Source: a virus
Taxonomy: Duplodnaviria; Caudoviricetes
Reading direction: 5' to 3' (one strand)
Length of the DNA stretch: 64,000 nt
Virus record (IMG/VR): IMGVR_UViG_3300023092_000001
Coordinates: 6,825-70,824 of that record
This document shows, piece after piece, positions 44,080-52,704 of this stretch (positions are counted from its first letter, which is position 1; every line of letters begins with the position of its first letter). The notes under the pieces are model-generated. The model was not told where the DNA came from, did not search any database, and worked only from the letters and a program-made list of their open reading frames with translations. A program made the translations under genes and the position numbers.

Positions 44080-44964
44080 ATGGCATCAAAACTACGCGCA
44101 AAGTCGCCAGAAGAAACCAATCCAGGGCACATTAAGATGCTCATCTATGGGCCTCCTGGGGTTGGTAAAACGTGGCTCGGGATGGACTTCCCCGAGCCTT
44201 ACTATATTGACACTGAAGGCGGCGCTCGACTCGCCCACTATCAAGCAAAACTAAAGGCTTCAGGTGGTGTTTATATGGGTGTTGAAAGTGGCGCTCTTGA
44301 TTTCCCCACTCTGATTGAAGAGGTAAAGCTACTCGCCACCGAGAAGCATGGATACCGAACACTGGTCATTGATAGCCTAACAAAGGTTTATCAAACGGCC
44401 ATTGCCATTGAGTCCGAGCGCCTTGGAAGCCTCGACCAATTTGGGGCGAGTAAGAAAGCCGGAATTTCAGCCATGAGGCAACTCATTCGCTGGATCATGC
44501 GCCTCGACATGAATGTGGTTTTTATTGCCCACGAAACCTCGGAGTGGGGGAAAAACGAGAAGACGGGTCAGCGTGAAGAGATCGGGAAAATGGCCGATAC
44601 CTGGGAGAAATTACCGTTCGAGCTGGATCTTGCCTTGCAGGCCATCAAGCAAGGATCGACTCGTTATGCCGTCGTCACCAAAACTCGCCTTACCGGGTTC
44701 CCTGATCGCGAACGCTTTCCTTTGTCTTACGCGGAGTTTGCTACTCGTTACGGAAAGGATTTCATCGAGGCCGAGGCCAAGCCAATCGTCCTCGCCACCC
44801 CCGAGCAGGTAGCCGAGATTGAACGCCTCATGCGTGTTGTCAAGGTAGACGAATCCACTGTAGAAAAGTGGAACAAGAAAGCTGGAGCGGACACCTTTGC
44901 CGAATACAGCACAGAGCACGCAGCCGGAGTCATCTCCTTCCTCACAAAGTCAGTCACCCCATAA
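44080..44964 (+). CDS. AAA-family ATPase, Sak4-like recombinase
   Basis: LIYGPPGVGKT, IDTEGG, LVIDSLT, VVFIAHE. Confidence 0.8.
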   Translation: MASKLRAKSPEETNPGHIKMLIYGPPGVGKTWLGMDFPEPYYIDTEGGARLAHYQAKLKASGGVYMGVESGALDFPTLIEEVKLLATEKHGYRTLVIDSLTKVYQTAIAIESERLGSLDQFGASKKAGISAMRQLIRWIMRLDMNVVFIAHETSEWGKNEKTGQREEIGKMADTWEKLPFELDLALQAIKQGSTRYAVVTKTRLTGFPDRERFPLSYAEFATRYGKDFIEAEAKPIVLATPEQVAEIERLMRVVKVDESTVEKWNKKAGADTFAEYSTEHAAGVISFLTKSVTP

Positions 44965-44973
44965 TCACACACC

Positions 44974-45453
44974 ATGCAATTCAAACCGAAAACAGCACAC
45001 GAACTCGCGGAAGAAGAAACACAACGGGAGCTTGAGTTGCTCCTCAAGAAGGGGGTCTATGACTTCGAGGTGTTCCGCGCAGAGGACAAGGTCAGCAATG
45101 CTGGCAACGAAATGATCGCCCTCGGCCTCAAGGTCTACGCGGACGATGGGCGGACCCCCTTCGTCAACGACTGGCTATTGGAGAAGATGGCATTCAAACT
45201 TCGGCATTTCTGTGAGACCACCGAACTCATGGGTGTTTACGAGCGTGGCGATCTCAAGGCGGAGAACTGTCTGCGCGCCTCGGGCCGCGTACAGATCGAT
45301 ATCGAGCCTGCCAAAGATGGGTATGCAGCCAAGAACAAGGTCGTGGACTACGGGGAGCCTGAGAAGGGTGATCCGGCTATGCGGTCCGCAGAAAAGTCCG
45401 CATCAGGAATGAGCGATAAGGATTTAGATTCGATGGATTCGATTCCGTTTTGA
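44974..45453 (+). CDS. ssDNA-binding protein candidate (DUF669-like)
   Basis: G.YDFEV..AE..S..GNEMI.L.LKV, acidic tail ending DSIPF; follows the Sak4-like gene. Confidence 0.65.
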   Translation: MQFKPKTAHELAEEETQRELELLLKKGVYDFEVFRAEDKVSNAGNEMIALGLKVYADDGRTPFVNDWLLEKMAFKLRHFCETTELMGVYERGDLKAENCLRASGRVQIDIEPAKDGYAAKNKVVDYGEPEKGDPAMRSAEKSASGMSDKDLDSMDSIPF

Positions 45454-45500
45454 TGCCCTTTTTGACTTGATCCCTTTTAATTACTCGCCATTCTCCTTGA

Positions 45501-45929
45501 ATGCAAAATAAAGAATGCTTCAAATGCCATAAAATCCTACCCATCGAATCCTTCTACAAACATGGGAAGATGAGTGGCGGCAGAGTTGGTAAGTGCAAAG
45601 AATGCACCAAGGATGATGTGCGAGTACATTATCATGCCAATTTCGAATCTAAAAGGGAGTACGAACAAAAAAGGTTTCAAGACCCTGAGAGAAAGAAGAA
45701 GGTGATGGAATACCAGCGCAAAAGACGAACCCGAGAGCCAGAAAAAAACCTTGCTCGGCAAAGACTTGGATACGCCGTAAAGACGGGGAAAGTGCAGCGC
45801 CTTCCATGCAAATGCGGAGACCCAAAGACCCAAGCTCACCATCACGATTATAGTAAACCGCTGGAGGTGACTTGGCTCTGCTTCAAGTGCCACCGCTTAG
45901 AACACGGACAAACGAACGTTACACGATAG
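45501..45929 (+). CDS. HNH-like endonuclease with N-terminal zinc ribbon
   Basis: CFKC..FY..CKEC and AHHHDYSKPLEVTWLCFKCH..EH; own promoter TTGATC-N16-CATTCT-N6-ATG. Confidence 0.75.
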   Translation: MQNKECFKCHKILPIESFYKHGKMSGGRVGKCKECTKDDVRVHYHANFESKREYEQKRFQDPERKKKVMEYQRKRRTREPEKNLARQRLGYAVKTGKVQRLPCKCGDPKTQAHHHDYSKPLEVTWLCFKCHRLEHGQTNVTR

Positions 45930-45978
45930 CCAATAACCAGGGCGCAGGTCGCGCCCTGCCTTAACCCAACGAAAATAT

Positions 45979-46371
45979 ATGACCGCAGAACAAGAAATCA
46001 AACGCGAGATCCTTCTGGATGCCATCCTCGACAGTCGTATTCAACCTCATCCATCAGGAGAGATCACCTCCGAAAACGTGGACGCCTTTTATCGGGAGGC
46101 TCGGAAGCACGACATCAGTGAATATGCCAACGACTTCCGCACATCAGGAACGGAGACCAAAATAAAGAGTGAGAACTGGAGTCGAAACTACGAATCCGAT
46201 GAGGTCGGCGCTAGGCTCAAGAACGGCCTATGGGTCGGATGGACTTATTGGCATGGTGGCGGCAAGCATGGCGACCCAGAGTCTATCGACTGGATGGACG
46301 GGGCCTACTTTCTCGATGTTAAGGAAGAGGAGAAAATGGTGATTGTTCGTGAATTCAGCAAGAAGGCCTAA
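45979..46371 (+). CDS. Hypothetical protein
   Basis: GWTYWHGGGKHGDP motif; family not recognised by name. Confidence 0.6.
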   Translation: MTAEQEIKREILLDAILDSRIQPHPSGEITSENVDAFYREARKHDISEYANDFRTSGTETKIKSENWSRNYESDEVGARLKNGLWVGWTYWHGGGKHGDPESIDWMDGAYFLDVKEEEKMVIVREFSKKA

Positions 46372-46384
46372 CCAGCGGAATACT

Positions 46385-46849
46385 ATGAGCACGTACAAAG
46401 AAGAATACTACCCAGACGAAGACCTCGAAATAGAGACCGAGCAAGAACGTATTGCCCGAGTTCAAAGGAATATTTCCACCCCATCGCCACGCATTTGTAT
46501 GAACCTCAACGATTTTCGGGACCAATGCCACGCCGCTTCCATCAAATGGTGGCAAGACCCAGAAACCGGCGCTCCCATCCAACGCAACAAGGGCGAACTC
46601 ATCTGTCTCATGCACTCCGAGCTATCGGAGGCCATGGAGGGAGTGCGCAAGGGCTTGATGGACGACAAGCTCCCTCATCGCAAAATGGAGGAGGTGGAGA
46701 TGGTGGACGCCATTATCCGCATCTTCGACTACGCAGGTGGCTTTGGCTTGGATCTCCAAGGGGCCTTCGAAGAAAAGATGGCCTACAACTCCACTAGGGC
46801 TGATCACACTCACGAAGCTCGACTCGCAGCAGGAGGGAAGAAGTTTTGA
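46385..46849 (+). CDS. MazG-like nucleotide pyrophosphohydrolase
   Basis: LMHSELSEAMEG.RK and EEVEMVDAIIRIFD ExxE/ExxD helices. Confidence 0.75.
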   Translation: MSTYKEEYYPDEDLEIETEQERIARVQRNISTPSPRICMNLNDFRDQCHAASIKWWQDPETGAPIQRNKGELICLMHSELSEAMEGVRKGLMDDKLPHRKMEEVEMVDAIIRIFDYAGGFGLDLQGAFEEKMAYNSTRADHTHEARLAAGGKKF

Positions 46850-47049
46850 CCGCCTTCCTCGTCTTTATCGTCACCTCCAGCCTGTGGTTACTAGTGTTTC
46901 ACATGCGGATCACAAGCATCCGTATCGACCACAAGAACGAACTCATCTCGGTCCGTAATCGGGCCTACGATGTGGGATTTAGCGATGGCTACGAGGAGCG
47001 ATCTCTCGTGGCCTTACGGGCAAACAAACCAACACCAGAAGAAATATGA
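46846..47049 (+). CDS. Small membrane-anchored protein
   Basis: N-terminal hydrophobic helix, GFSDGYE motif. Confidence 0.5.
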   Translation: MTAFLVFIVTSSLWLLVFHMRITSIRIDHKNELISVRNRAYDVGFSDGYEERSLVALRANKPTPEEI

Positions 47050-47336
47050 GTAAAATCAACATCGGAGTCATCAACAAGTCGCAACCACTCACTAATGAGT
47101 TCTGTGCCTCATTCTTGGCCCAAGGCTACACCCATGTCGCGATCAATGATGGATCAATTTCCGACGAGGAGATGCGGGCTAAGATTGTCGCCCAGGAGTT
47201 GGCTCGCGAGGAGGAGCGCAAGAAGCCCACGGTATGGCATCGCTTGGAGGTAAGGCCCGAGCTAAAGCTTAGGCCACCACAGGAGCCTCATCCCCAGCCA
47301 TTCTCTACGGCCTTTAAGAGGAGGTGGAAGAATTGA
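47046..47336 (+). CDS. Hypothetical protein
   Basis: Coupled ORF. Confidence 0.5.
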   Translation: MSKINIGVINKSQPLTNEFCASFLAQGYTHVAINDGSISDEEMRAKIVAQELAREEERKKPTVWHRLEVRPELKLRPPQEPHPQPFSTAFKRRWKN

Positions 47337-47355
47337 GTCAGCTTTATAAAAGTAA

Positions 47356-47697
47356 ATGAACTCTAAAGAATTCCAAGAATATTGTGGAGCACTTCTCTCT
47401 GGTCATCAAGTCCCCAGTCCCAAGCCTAAACGCGCTCCTGGGAATGTCGCATTGGCAAAGGCACAAACTCAAAAAGCAGATAGCCGACGATTTCTTGTTG
47501 TCATTACAAGCTATCGACGCCGACTCCTCGACGAGGATAACCTTTGCGGGAAGTACCACTGCGACCTTTTGCGATACGCTGGCATCCTGCCTTCAGACGC
47601 GCCTGGACAAACGCAGATCCAGAATCGCCAAAGCAAAGTTAAATCCAAAGAAGACGAAAAAACGGTAATTGAGGTCACACTGATGGATGATGATTGA
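47356..47697 (+). CDS. RusA-like Holliday junction resolvase (catalytic half)
   Basis: R..LDEDNL..K...D.L..AG....D pattern of RusA-family catalytic residues. Confidence 0.65.
   Translation: MNSKEFQEYCGALLSGHQVPSPKPKRAPGNVALAKAQTQKADSRRFLVVITSYRRRLLDEDNLCGKYHCDLLRYAGILPSDAPGQTQIQNRQSKVKSKEDEKTVIEVTLMDDD
47384..47668 (+). CDS. Overlapping +1-frame ORF resembling the RusA N-terminal half
   Basis: LVIKSPVPSLNALLGMSHWQRHKLKK resembles the PSLN...HW..R.K.K N-terminus of RusA-like proteins. Confidence 0.35.
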   Translation: MEHFSLVIKSPVPSLNALLGMSHWQRHKLKKQIADDFLLSLQAIDADSSTRITFAGSTTATFCDTLASCLQTRLDKRRSRIAKAKLNPKKTKKR

Positions 47698-47812
47698 TGA
47701 ATAATGATGTTGACATGGGTTTGTTCATGCCTATCATGGTCCCATACAGATAGTCGCCCTATTCTCATTCGTCGCAGGCGCTTCAATCCGCACCACGCTC
47801 GACCAGCTACCC

Positions 47813-47998
47813 ATGAAAAACAACCAGATCATCATCAATCGAGTCCCAGAATCCATCCACCAACTCGTCTCGGCTGAGAGCGACAAGGAAAACCGCACTA
47901 TCCGCCAGCAGGTAATCCACATCCTGGAGGAGCGCTACGAAGGAACTCCTCTCGGCAAGACCCTGATGAGACTCACACAAAAGAAAGGAAGCAAGTAG
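47813..47998 (+). CDS. Arc-like RHH protein
   Basis: QIIINRVPESIHQLVSAESDKENRTIRQQVIHILEE. Confidence 0.6.
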   Translation: MKNNQIIINRVPESIHQLVSAESDKENRTIRQQVIHILEERYEGTPLGKTLMRLTQKKGSK

Positions 47999-48613
47999 AT
48001 GACAAGAGAACGAGCAAAAGAGCTTTGGCCTGTAATACAGGCGTACTCCAAGGGAGAAGTTGTCGAGACTCATCCAGATGGTGAAGACTATTGGTATCTG
48101 TGCATATGCCCAAGCTGGCTTGATGGCCATCATTACCGCGTCAAACCCTGGACGCCACCACCACTCCCGCCTCACCTCGCAGATCGTGAGTGGCACATGC
48201 CTATTAAAGAGTGCTGGGAAGACGGTAAGAGGGCGTTGTTAGGCGGAGAGAGACGAGAACCTAAGGATGAATATCTTGATGGAGAGATATGGTTGGAAAC
48301 AGAAAGTGCTGGCCTTGAGCTTCATTACCTTAACCGGGTCCCCTATCGCACAGCCCGCCCCCTTCCTGAGCTTACGCCCGAGCTAGTCCCTCTAGAAAGT
48401 GGCGACATCCGATCAGGAGACAGTCTGTGCGTAAAGGACGCAGAGGACACTTTGATTCTGCGAATAGATGGGCGGAAGGTCTGGTTTCTTGACTCAGATG
48501 GAGAGACCGTGTGTCGATTCCTCGACGAGCTAATGGTGTGCGGTGATTTCTACCGTAAATCAGGCACAACCGAGTGGTTGCCGTGCCATAAGGTGAAGGA
48601 GGCTTCGAAGTGA
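47999..48613 (+). CDS. Modular hypothetical protein, paralog of 41535..42494
   Basis: Shared motif blocks listed under 41535..42494. Confidence 0.65.
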   Translation: MTRERAKELWPVIQAYSKGEVVETHPDGEDYWYLCICPSWLDGHHYRVKPWTPPPLPPHLADREWHMPIKECWEDGKRALLGGERREPKDEYLDGEIWLETESAGLELHYLNRVPYRTARPLPELTPELVPLESGDIRSGDSLCVKDAEDTLILRIDGRKVWFLDSDGETVCRFLDELMVCGDFYRKSGTTEWLPCHKVKEASK

Positions 48614-48813
48614 TGAGCGTTCTCGCCTTCCATCGTCAGGCTATATCTCTCTCAACGGAGGGTTTTCGGAAATGCAGGCAACAGGCTCTCGCATCGCGTG
48701 ATGCTGGTGATATTTATTCGGCCCGCTATTGGGGTCGATGCTCACGTGATTACTTTAAGGCAGCACGCGCTGCCGCTCAAAGCTTCCAGTCATGGATGGG
48801 AGGGTCGAAGTGA
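48610..48813 (+). CDS. Hypothetical protein
   Basis: Coupled ORF. Confidence 0.4.
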   Translation: MMSVLAFHRQAISLSTEGFRKCRQQALASRDAGDIYSARYWGRCSRDYFKAARAAAQSFQSWMGGSK

Positions 48814-48983
48814 TGCACCCATATAAAGCCAAGGAAATCCAAAGCCCAACACTTCGAAGGGTATTCCTAATCACATGCACCCCAATCCTCATCCTGTCTC
48901 CAATCGTTGCGGGCGTGGAAGCTTGGTTTGAGGTTACGTGCGATATTTGGCACGAGATGGTTGTTGTTTGGAGGGGCAAGTGA
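48813..48983 (+). CDS. Small membrane protein
   Basis: Hydrophobic VFLITCTPILILSPIVAGV; TGATG overlap at the start. Confidence 0.4.
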   Translation: MHPYKAKEIQSPTLRRVFLITCTPILILSPIVAGVEAWFEVTCDIWHEMVVVWRGK

Positions 48984-49216
48984 TGAAGGGTAATAGCCTC
49001 ATTCCAACAGAGGCCGAGCACGACGACCATTACGAGCCTAACCCCAAAGAAGAGTACGCTCTAGAGATCCCAGTCACACCACTCGCGCTTAGGCGCTTGC
49101 AGAACATCGAGAAACAATTGGCAGAGATTCAGAAAGAACACATCCATGAACCCACTTCCAGGAGACAAAAAAATAGGCACATTCGAGAAGCTCAAGCGCG
49201 GGGCATCAAAGACTAG
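48983..49216 (+). CDS. Hypothetical protein
   Basis: TGATG overlap start at 48983. Confidence 0.45.
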   Translation: MKGNSLIPTEAEHDDHYEPNPKEEYALEIPVTPLALRRLQNIEKQLAEIQKEHIHEPTSRRQKNRHIREAQARGIKD

Positions 49217-49517
49217 CAAGCCGCGAGGGTTGATTGAGATCCCTGAGGTCGCGCAGCGTAGAGTCCTGAGCGTGAGTCAATTCATATGGAAGAATACTGC
49301 GAAGAAAGATGGAAAGGCGCATTGGAAATGGGAACCGTGCGGTGAGGTCTACGCAACATTCGAAGGCCCAACCGCAAACGAGTCAGCCGCCGAGTACATC
49401 GAACTCATGAAGACGCGCACGGTGGACAACGGCGAACAGTGCGTGGCGGATGGGGTGAGGCTGGATAAGCTCACGAAGTCTAGGGTTGGGGATTCGGAAC
49501 AGATTGGGCTTCTATGA
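49146..49517 (+). CDS. Hypothetical protein
   Basis: ORF track; coupled to the next gene. Confidence 0.5.
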   Translation: MNPLPGDKKIGTFEKLKRGASKTSKPRGLIEIPEVAQRRVLSVSQFIWKNTAKKDGKAHWKWEPCGEVYATFEGPTANESAAEYIELMKTRTVDNGEQCVADGVRLDKLTKSRVGDSEQIGLL

Positions 49518-49696
49518 ATGTTGACCAAACAGTTTGGGTTATACACACCCCCAAGGGCAAGAAGGTAGAGAAACTGTGTCGCGCCACTGTTAAGGAAATC
49601 CACGGGCCAATCGTTCGGCTGAGCGTTTGGACGGGATCGGCATTTGAAAACAAGAACGAAATGATCGCGAAGATTAAACTTACAAAACCGGAATGA
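49514..49696 (+). CDS. Hypothetical protein
   Basis: ATGA-coupled 60-aa ORF. Confidence 0.5.
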   Translation: MNVDQTVWVIHTPKGKKVEKLCRATVKEIHGPIVRLSVWTGSAFENKNEMIAKIKLTKPE

Positions 49697-49825
49697 ACCC
49701 AATCCTAACTTACTTCAAGTCGTGCGATTCATCGACGCCGAACGCAAAGCGATACCTCGGAAACTGGTATGTGTGGGCCTACGACGGGGCGATGGAAGAC
49801 TTCTTAAGGGATCAGACCTCGGTCA

Positions 49826-50227
49826 ATGGAGGGCCTCATTATGAATAACTTAAAACCGAATGCTCCGATTGGGGATCTCACTCCACAGACAGAGGGCCAA
49901 CTACCCTGCAATTGTTGGTGTACTTTGGGCGACTACAAGCAATGCACCGTTTGCCACGGCACAGGATGCCGCAATGGTCAGCCAACCTTAAAGGTTGGGA
50001 CAGCCGCTGACAAAGCAGACCTGTGCCCGCCTCACTACGCAGGCACCGTAACTCCATGGGACTTACAGAAGTGCATGGTTTCTAGCGGCAACGCATTCGT
50101 GGATTCAAGGAGGACAGATGCTATCGAGTACTGCTTTAGGATGAAGGTAGACTTGCTGGGAGATCTCAGGAAAGCGCGCCATTGTTTGGACGAGGCAATC
50201 AAGGTAATGGAACAAACTGAACACTAA
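49826..50227 (+). CDS. DUF3310-like (T7 gp1.7-related) protein
   Basis: PPHY....PWD...AIEYCFR.K...DLRKARHCL pattern. Confidence 0.6.
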   Translation: MEGLIMNNLKPNAPIGDLTPQTEGQLPCNCWCTLGDYKQCTVCHGTGCRNGQPTLKVGTAADKADLCPPHYAGTVTPWDLQKCMVSSGNAFVDSRRTDAIEYCFRMKVDLLGDLRKARHCLDEAIKVMEQTEH

Positions 50228-50231
50228 AAAC

Positions 50232-50663
50232 ATGAAGTACAATTTTACCAACGAAGAAATAAGCCGTCTCCAGCAGGTTTTTAACGAATCGTACCTCAAT
50301 ACAGGCGAGGCCTTTTACGCACAAGAAAACGCCATTAAGGCGGTCATAGCAGCCCTTCCCGAGCCTTCTGCCGCCTCCGCAGTTTTGAGGCCTATTGCGG
50401 AGATGCCGGGAGATGTGCCTAAGTGGTGCTTTCGACAGTATTTTAGAATTTCTGATGGTGACGTGGTCTTCTCTCATGCCAATGTGGATGCTACGTTCTT
50501 TATCGACATAGCACGCCCAACCAATCCTGATATTGAGCGCGCAAAGTTCGAGGAAACCTTCCCCAACCTAGACAAGGAGCTAACTCCATCAGGGATGTAT
50601 AAGAACTGCTATTCCCAAGCATGTTGGGAAGGCTGGAGAGCAAAGTCGGAGGCTAAGCCATGA
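50232..50663 (+). CDS. Hypothetical protein
   Basis: ERAKFEE...Y.N...Q.CWEGW.A C-terminal motif. Confidence 0.55.
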   Translation: MKYNFTNEEISRLQQVFNESYLNTGEAFYAQENAIKAVIAALPEPSAASAVLRPIAEMPGDVPKWCFRQYFRISDGDVVFSHANVDATFFIDIARPTNPDIERAKFEETFPNLDKELTPSGMYKNCYSQACWEGWRAKSEAKP

Positions 50664-50983
50664 CCACCACAGACCAACAAATAGCCGACCTAGAATCTCG
50701 GATAAAGCCTCTAGCGAGTCTCCTCGAAGGACTTCGTGCGGTTAAGCGCAAGGAGGACTCCGTGGAGTTCGTGAGGGTTAACAAGATCACCAAGGAGGAT
50801 GTCGAAAGACCGGATGGGGATGATAAGCCTTGGTTCTTTGATATATGCAAGTTCGCTCGTTGGATGAGAGACAATAATTGCCAGCGCCGTTTCTGCACGT
50901 GGAATGGGCGGATCTACTTTACCTCGGACATCCTTACTGGGCGCATGCCTGGCACTCCTGGGTTGATAGAGGATGTGTTGTGA
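50660..50983 (+). CDS. Hypothetical protein
   Basis: Coupled ORF. Confidence 0.55.
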   Translation: MTTTDQQIADLESRIKPLASLLEGLRAVKRKEDSVEFVRVNKITKEDVERPDGDDKPWFFDICKFARWMRDNNCQRRFCTWNGRIYFTSDILTGRMPGTPGLIEDVL

Positions 50984-51016
50984 AAGTTTGCTGATCCGAG
51001 CAAGGATGAATGTGCT

Positions 51017-51247
51017 ATGCAACTTCTAAAAGAATCGACACCCAGGGCCGCGAAAGAGCACCGATGCTCCTGGTGTGGCGAGAGCATTCCTGTGGGTTCG
51101 ATCTACAGGCGGGTGACGCATGCAAGCTCTAACGACGGTTTCCAGGATCACAAATACCACCCCGAGTGTGAGTCAGCCTGCGTAGATTATTGCTCGAAGT
51201 CTTGGATGGGCATTTTTGATAAAGGTGAGGGGAAGAGGCCGATATGA
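51017..51247 (+). CDS. Zinc-finger protein
   Basis: RAAKEHRCSWCGESI.....Y and YHPEC. Confidence 0.6.
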   Translation: MQLLKESTPRAAKEHRCSWCGESIPVGSIYRRVTHASSNDGFQDHKYHPECESACVDYCSKSWMGIFDKGEGKRPI

Positions 51248-51414
51248 AGCACCATTGCAACATCGAGGATCACGAGTGGGTTCCCAACCCCGAATCAGAC
51301 AGCGGCACGTCTTGCCAAGTTTGTGGCTGCGACTTCGAAGATGCGGTTGAGATTCAGACAAGGAAGGACTTTGCTGAGGTGCCTTGGGAGTCGGAGGATG
51401 TGATGGATGAGTAA
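51244..51414 (+). CDS. Small acidic CxxC protein
   Basis: Manual translation MKHHCNIEDHEW...CQVCGCDFED..., 56 aa, ATGA overlap. Confidence 0.45.
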   Translation: MKHHCNIEDHEWVPNPESDSGTSCQVCGCDFEDAVEIQTRKDFAEVPWESEDVMDE

Positions 51415-51574
51415 ATCCTCTCGACAAGCGGTGGCGGCGGGGTATGGTTGGGGTGTCCGACAATTCACAAGCTACTGTTAAGGCCAGTAACTTCACATCG
51501 ACAAAGCTTTCCCCGCTTCATGCCACCTTCATTGGTGGGCCTTACATGGAGCGGGATTTTTGTGCCTATACCTA

Positions 51575-52018
51575 ATGTCCTTCCGCGTAAAAATTCCCTA
51601 CCTCGACCAACTCAACGATGTCCGTTGGTTGCGGCGTCGTGACGAGATCCTAAAAGCCCATGACTGGGTTTGCCACGAATGCGGCTCAAATGCACCGCCA
51701 GCACGCGAGGTTCATCACCGCTATTACATCGTTGGAAGATACGCCTGGGAATATCCAGACTCGGCCATGGTGCCGCTTTGCTCGAGGCATCACAAAGCAG
51801 TTCACGACGCCGAGCATGAGGGAGAAATGATGGCTTGGGAAAAGATGATTACGCAGATCTTGGCCGACGTATGGATGCCTGCGGGCGCGGATACGATCTG
51901 TGAATTTTGTAAGATGCCATTCCCAGAAAATACTAATGGCGGCAAGGCTGGACGCCACCGATTCATCTGCGAACCATGCGCCAAGAAGAGCGAGGAGGCG
52001 AGGGTTTTGCCACTATGA
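51575..52018 (+). CDS. HNH endonuclease
   Basis: RW...R..IL....W.CHECG...EVHH.YY..WEYPD...VPLC..HH..VH. Confidence 0.8.
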   Translation: MSFRVKIPYLDQLNDVRWLRRRDEILKAHDWVCHECGSNAPPAREVHHRYYIVGRYAWEYPDSAMVPLCSRHHKAVHDAEHEGEMMAWEKMITQILADVWMPAGADTICEFCKMPFPENTNGGKAGRHRFICEPCAKKSEEARVLPL

Positions 52019-52704
52019 ATCTGGAACTAATGAAGAGACTAGCGAAGCTCGACCTTCCGGCAGACAAGCTGGTGGCCGTCATCGAGATTATAGAAGAGGC
52101 TCAAATCTCACCTAAACCTCAGAGATCTAGTAACGCTGATCGTCAAGCACGCTTCCGAAGTCGGAAAGTCGGCATCATTGATAATGAACAATCTACGAAC
52201 ACCGTAACAGGACAAGTAACGCCCATAGTAACGGATAGTAACGCCGCCGTAACGGATGGAGTAACGCCTCCCCTCTCCCCCTTTGCCCCCTCTTCCCAGG
52301 TTTCCTCCACACCTCCTTCCTTCCCTTCTCCCCCTATATCCCCCTCTACCCCTCCAAGTCCTGCGTCTCGCCGTCGCTCAAAACTCTCTGCTCCCGAGTT
52401 CCCCGACGACCTGCCGGAAGCCTACCGAGCCCCGCTAGCGCTGTGGTTCAGCTACAAAATCGAACGGCGGGAGGCCTACAAGCCCATCGGATGGAAGACC
52501 CTCATCGCCCAGCAACGGCGCTTTTCAGCAGGCCGAGTCGCGGCGGGAGTCGAGCTTTCAATGGCGAATAATTACGCCGGTTTGCTGACGGAGAAAACTC
52601 CAGAGGACACCGAGGATCTTCTGACCGCTGAGCCCGAACTTGACCTGATGGCGATGTGGCGGCAAACCCAAGCCGAGCGGGAGGCAAAGGAAAATGGATC
52701 TTAA
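52015..52704 (+). CDS. Replication initiator / helicase-loader-like protein
   Basis: SNADRQARFR motif, Pro/Ser linker, C-terminal W..YK.ERR..YKP.G...S.ANNY.G domain; directly upstream of the primase-helicase. Confidence 0.6.
   Translation: MNLELMKRLAKLDLPADKLVAVIEIIEEAQISPKPQRSSNADRQARFRSRKVGIIDNEQSTNTVTGQVTPIVTDSNAAVTDGVTPPLSPFAPSSQVSSTPPSFPSPPISPSTPPSPASRRRSKLSAPEFPDDLPEAYRAPLALWFSYKIERREAYKPIGWKTLIAQQRRFSAGRVAAGVELSMANNYAGLLTEKTPEDTEDLLTAEPELDLMAMWRQTQAEREAKENGS

Noticed and set aside
41535-48613. Paralog pair as template/variable repeats of a diversity-generating retroelement
   Set aside because: No reverse transcriptase in the window, and DNA differences are not confined to adenines.
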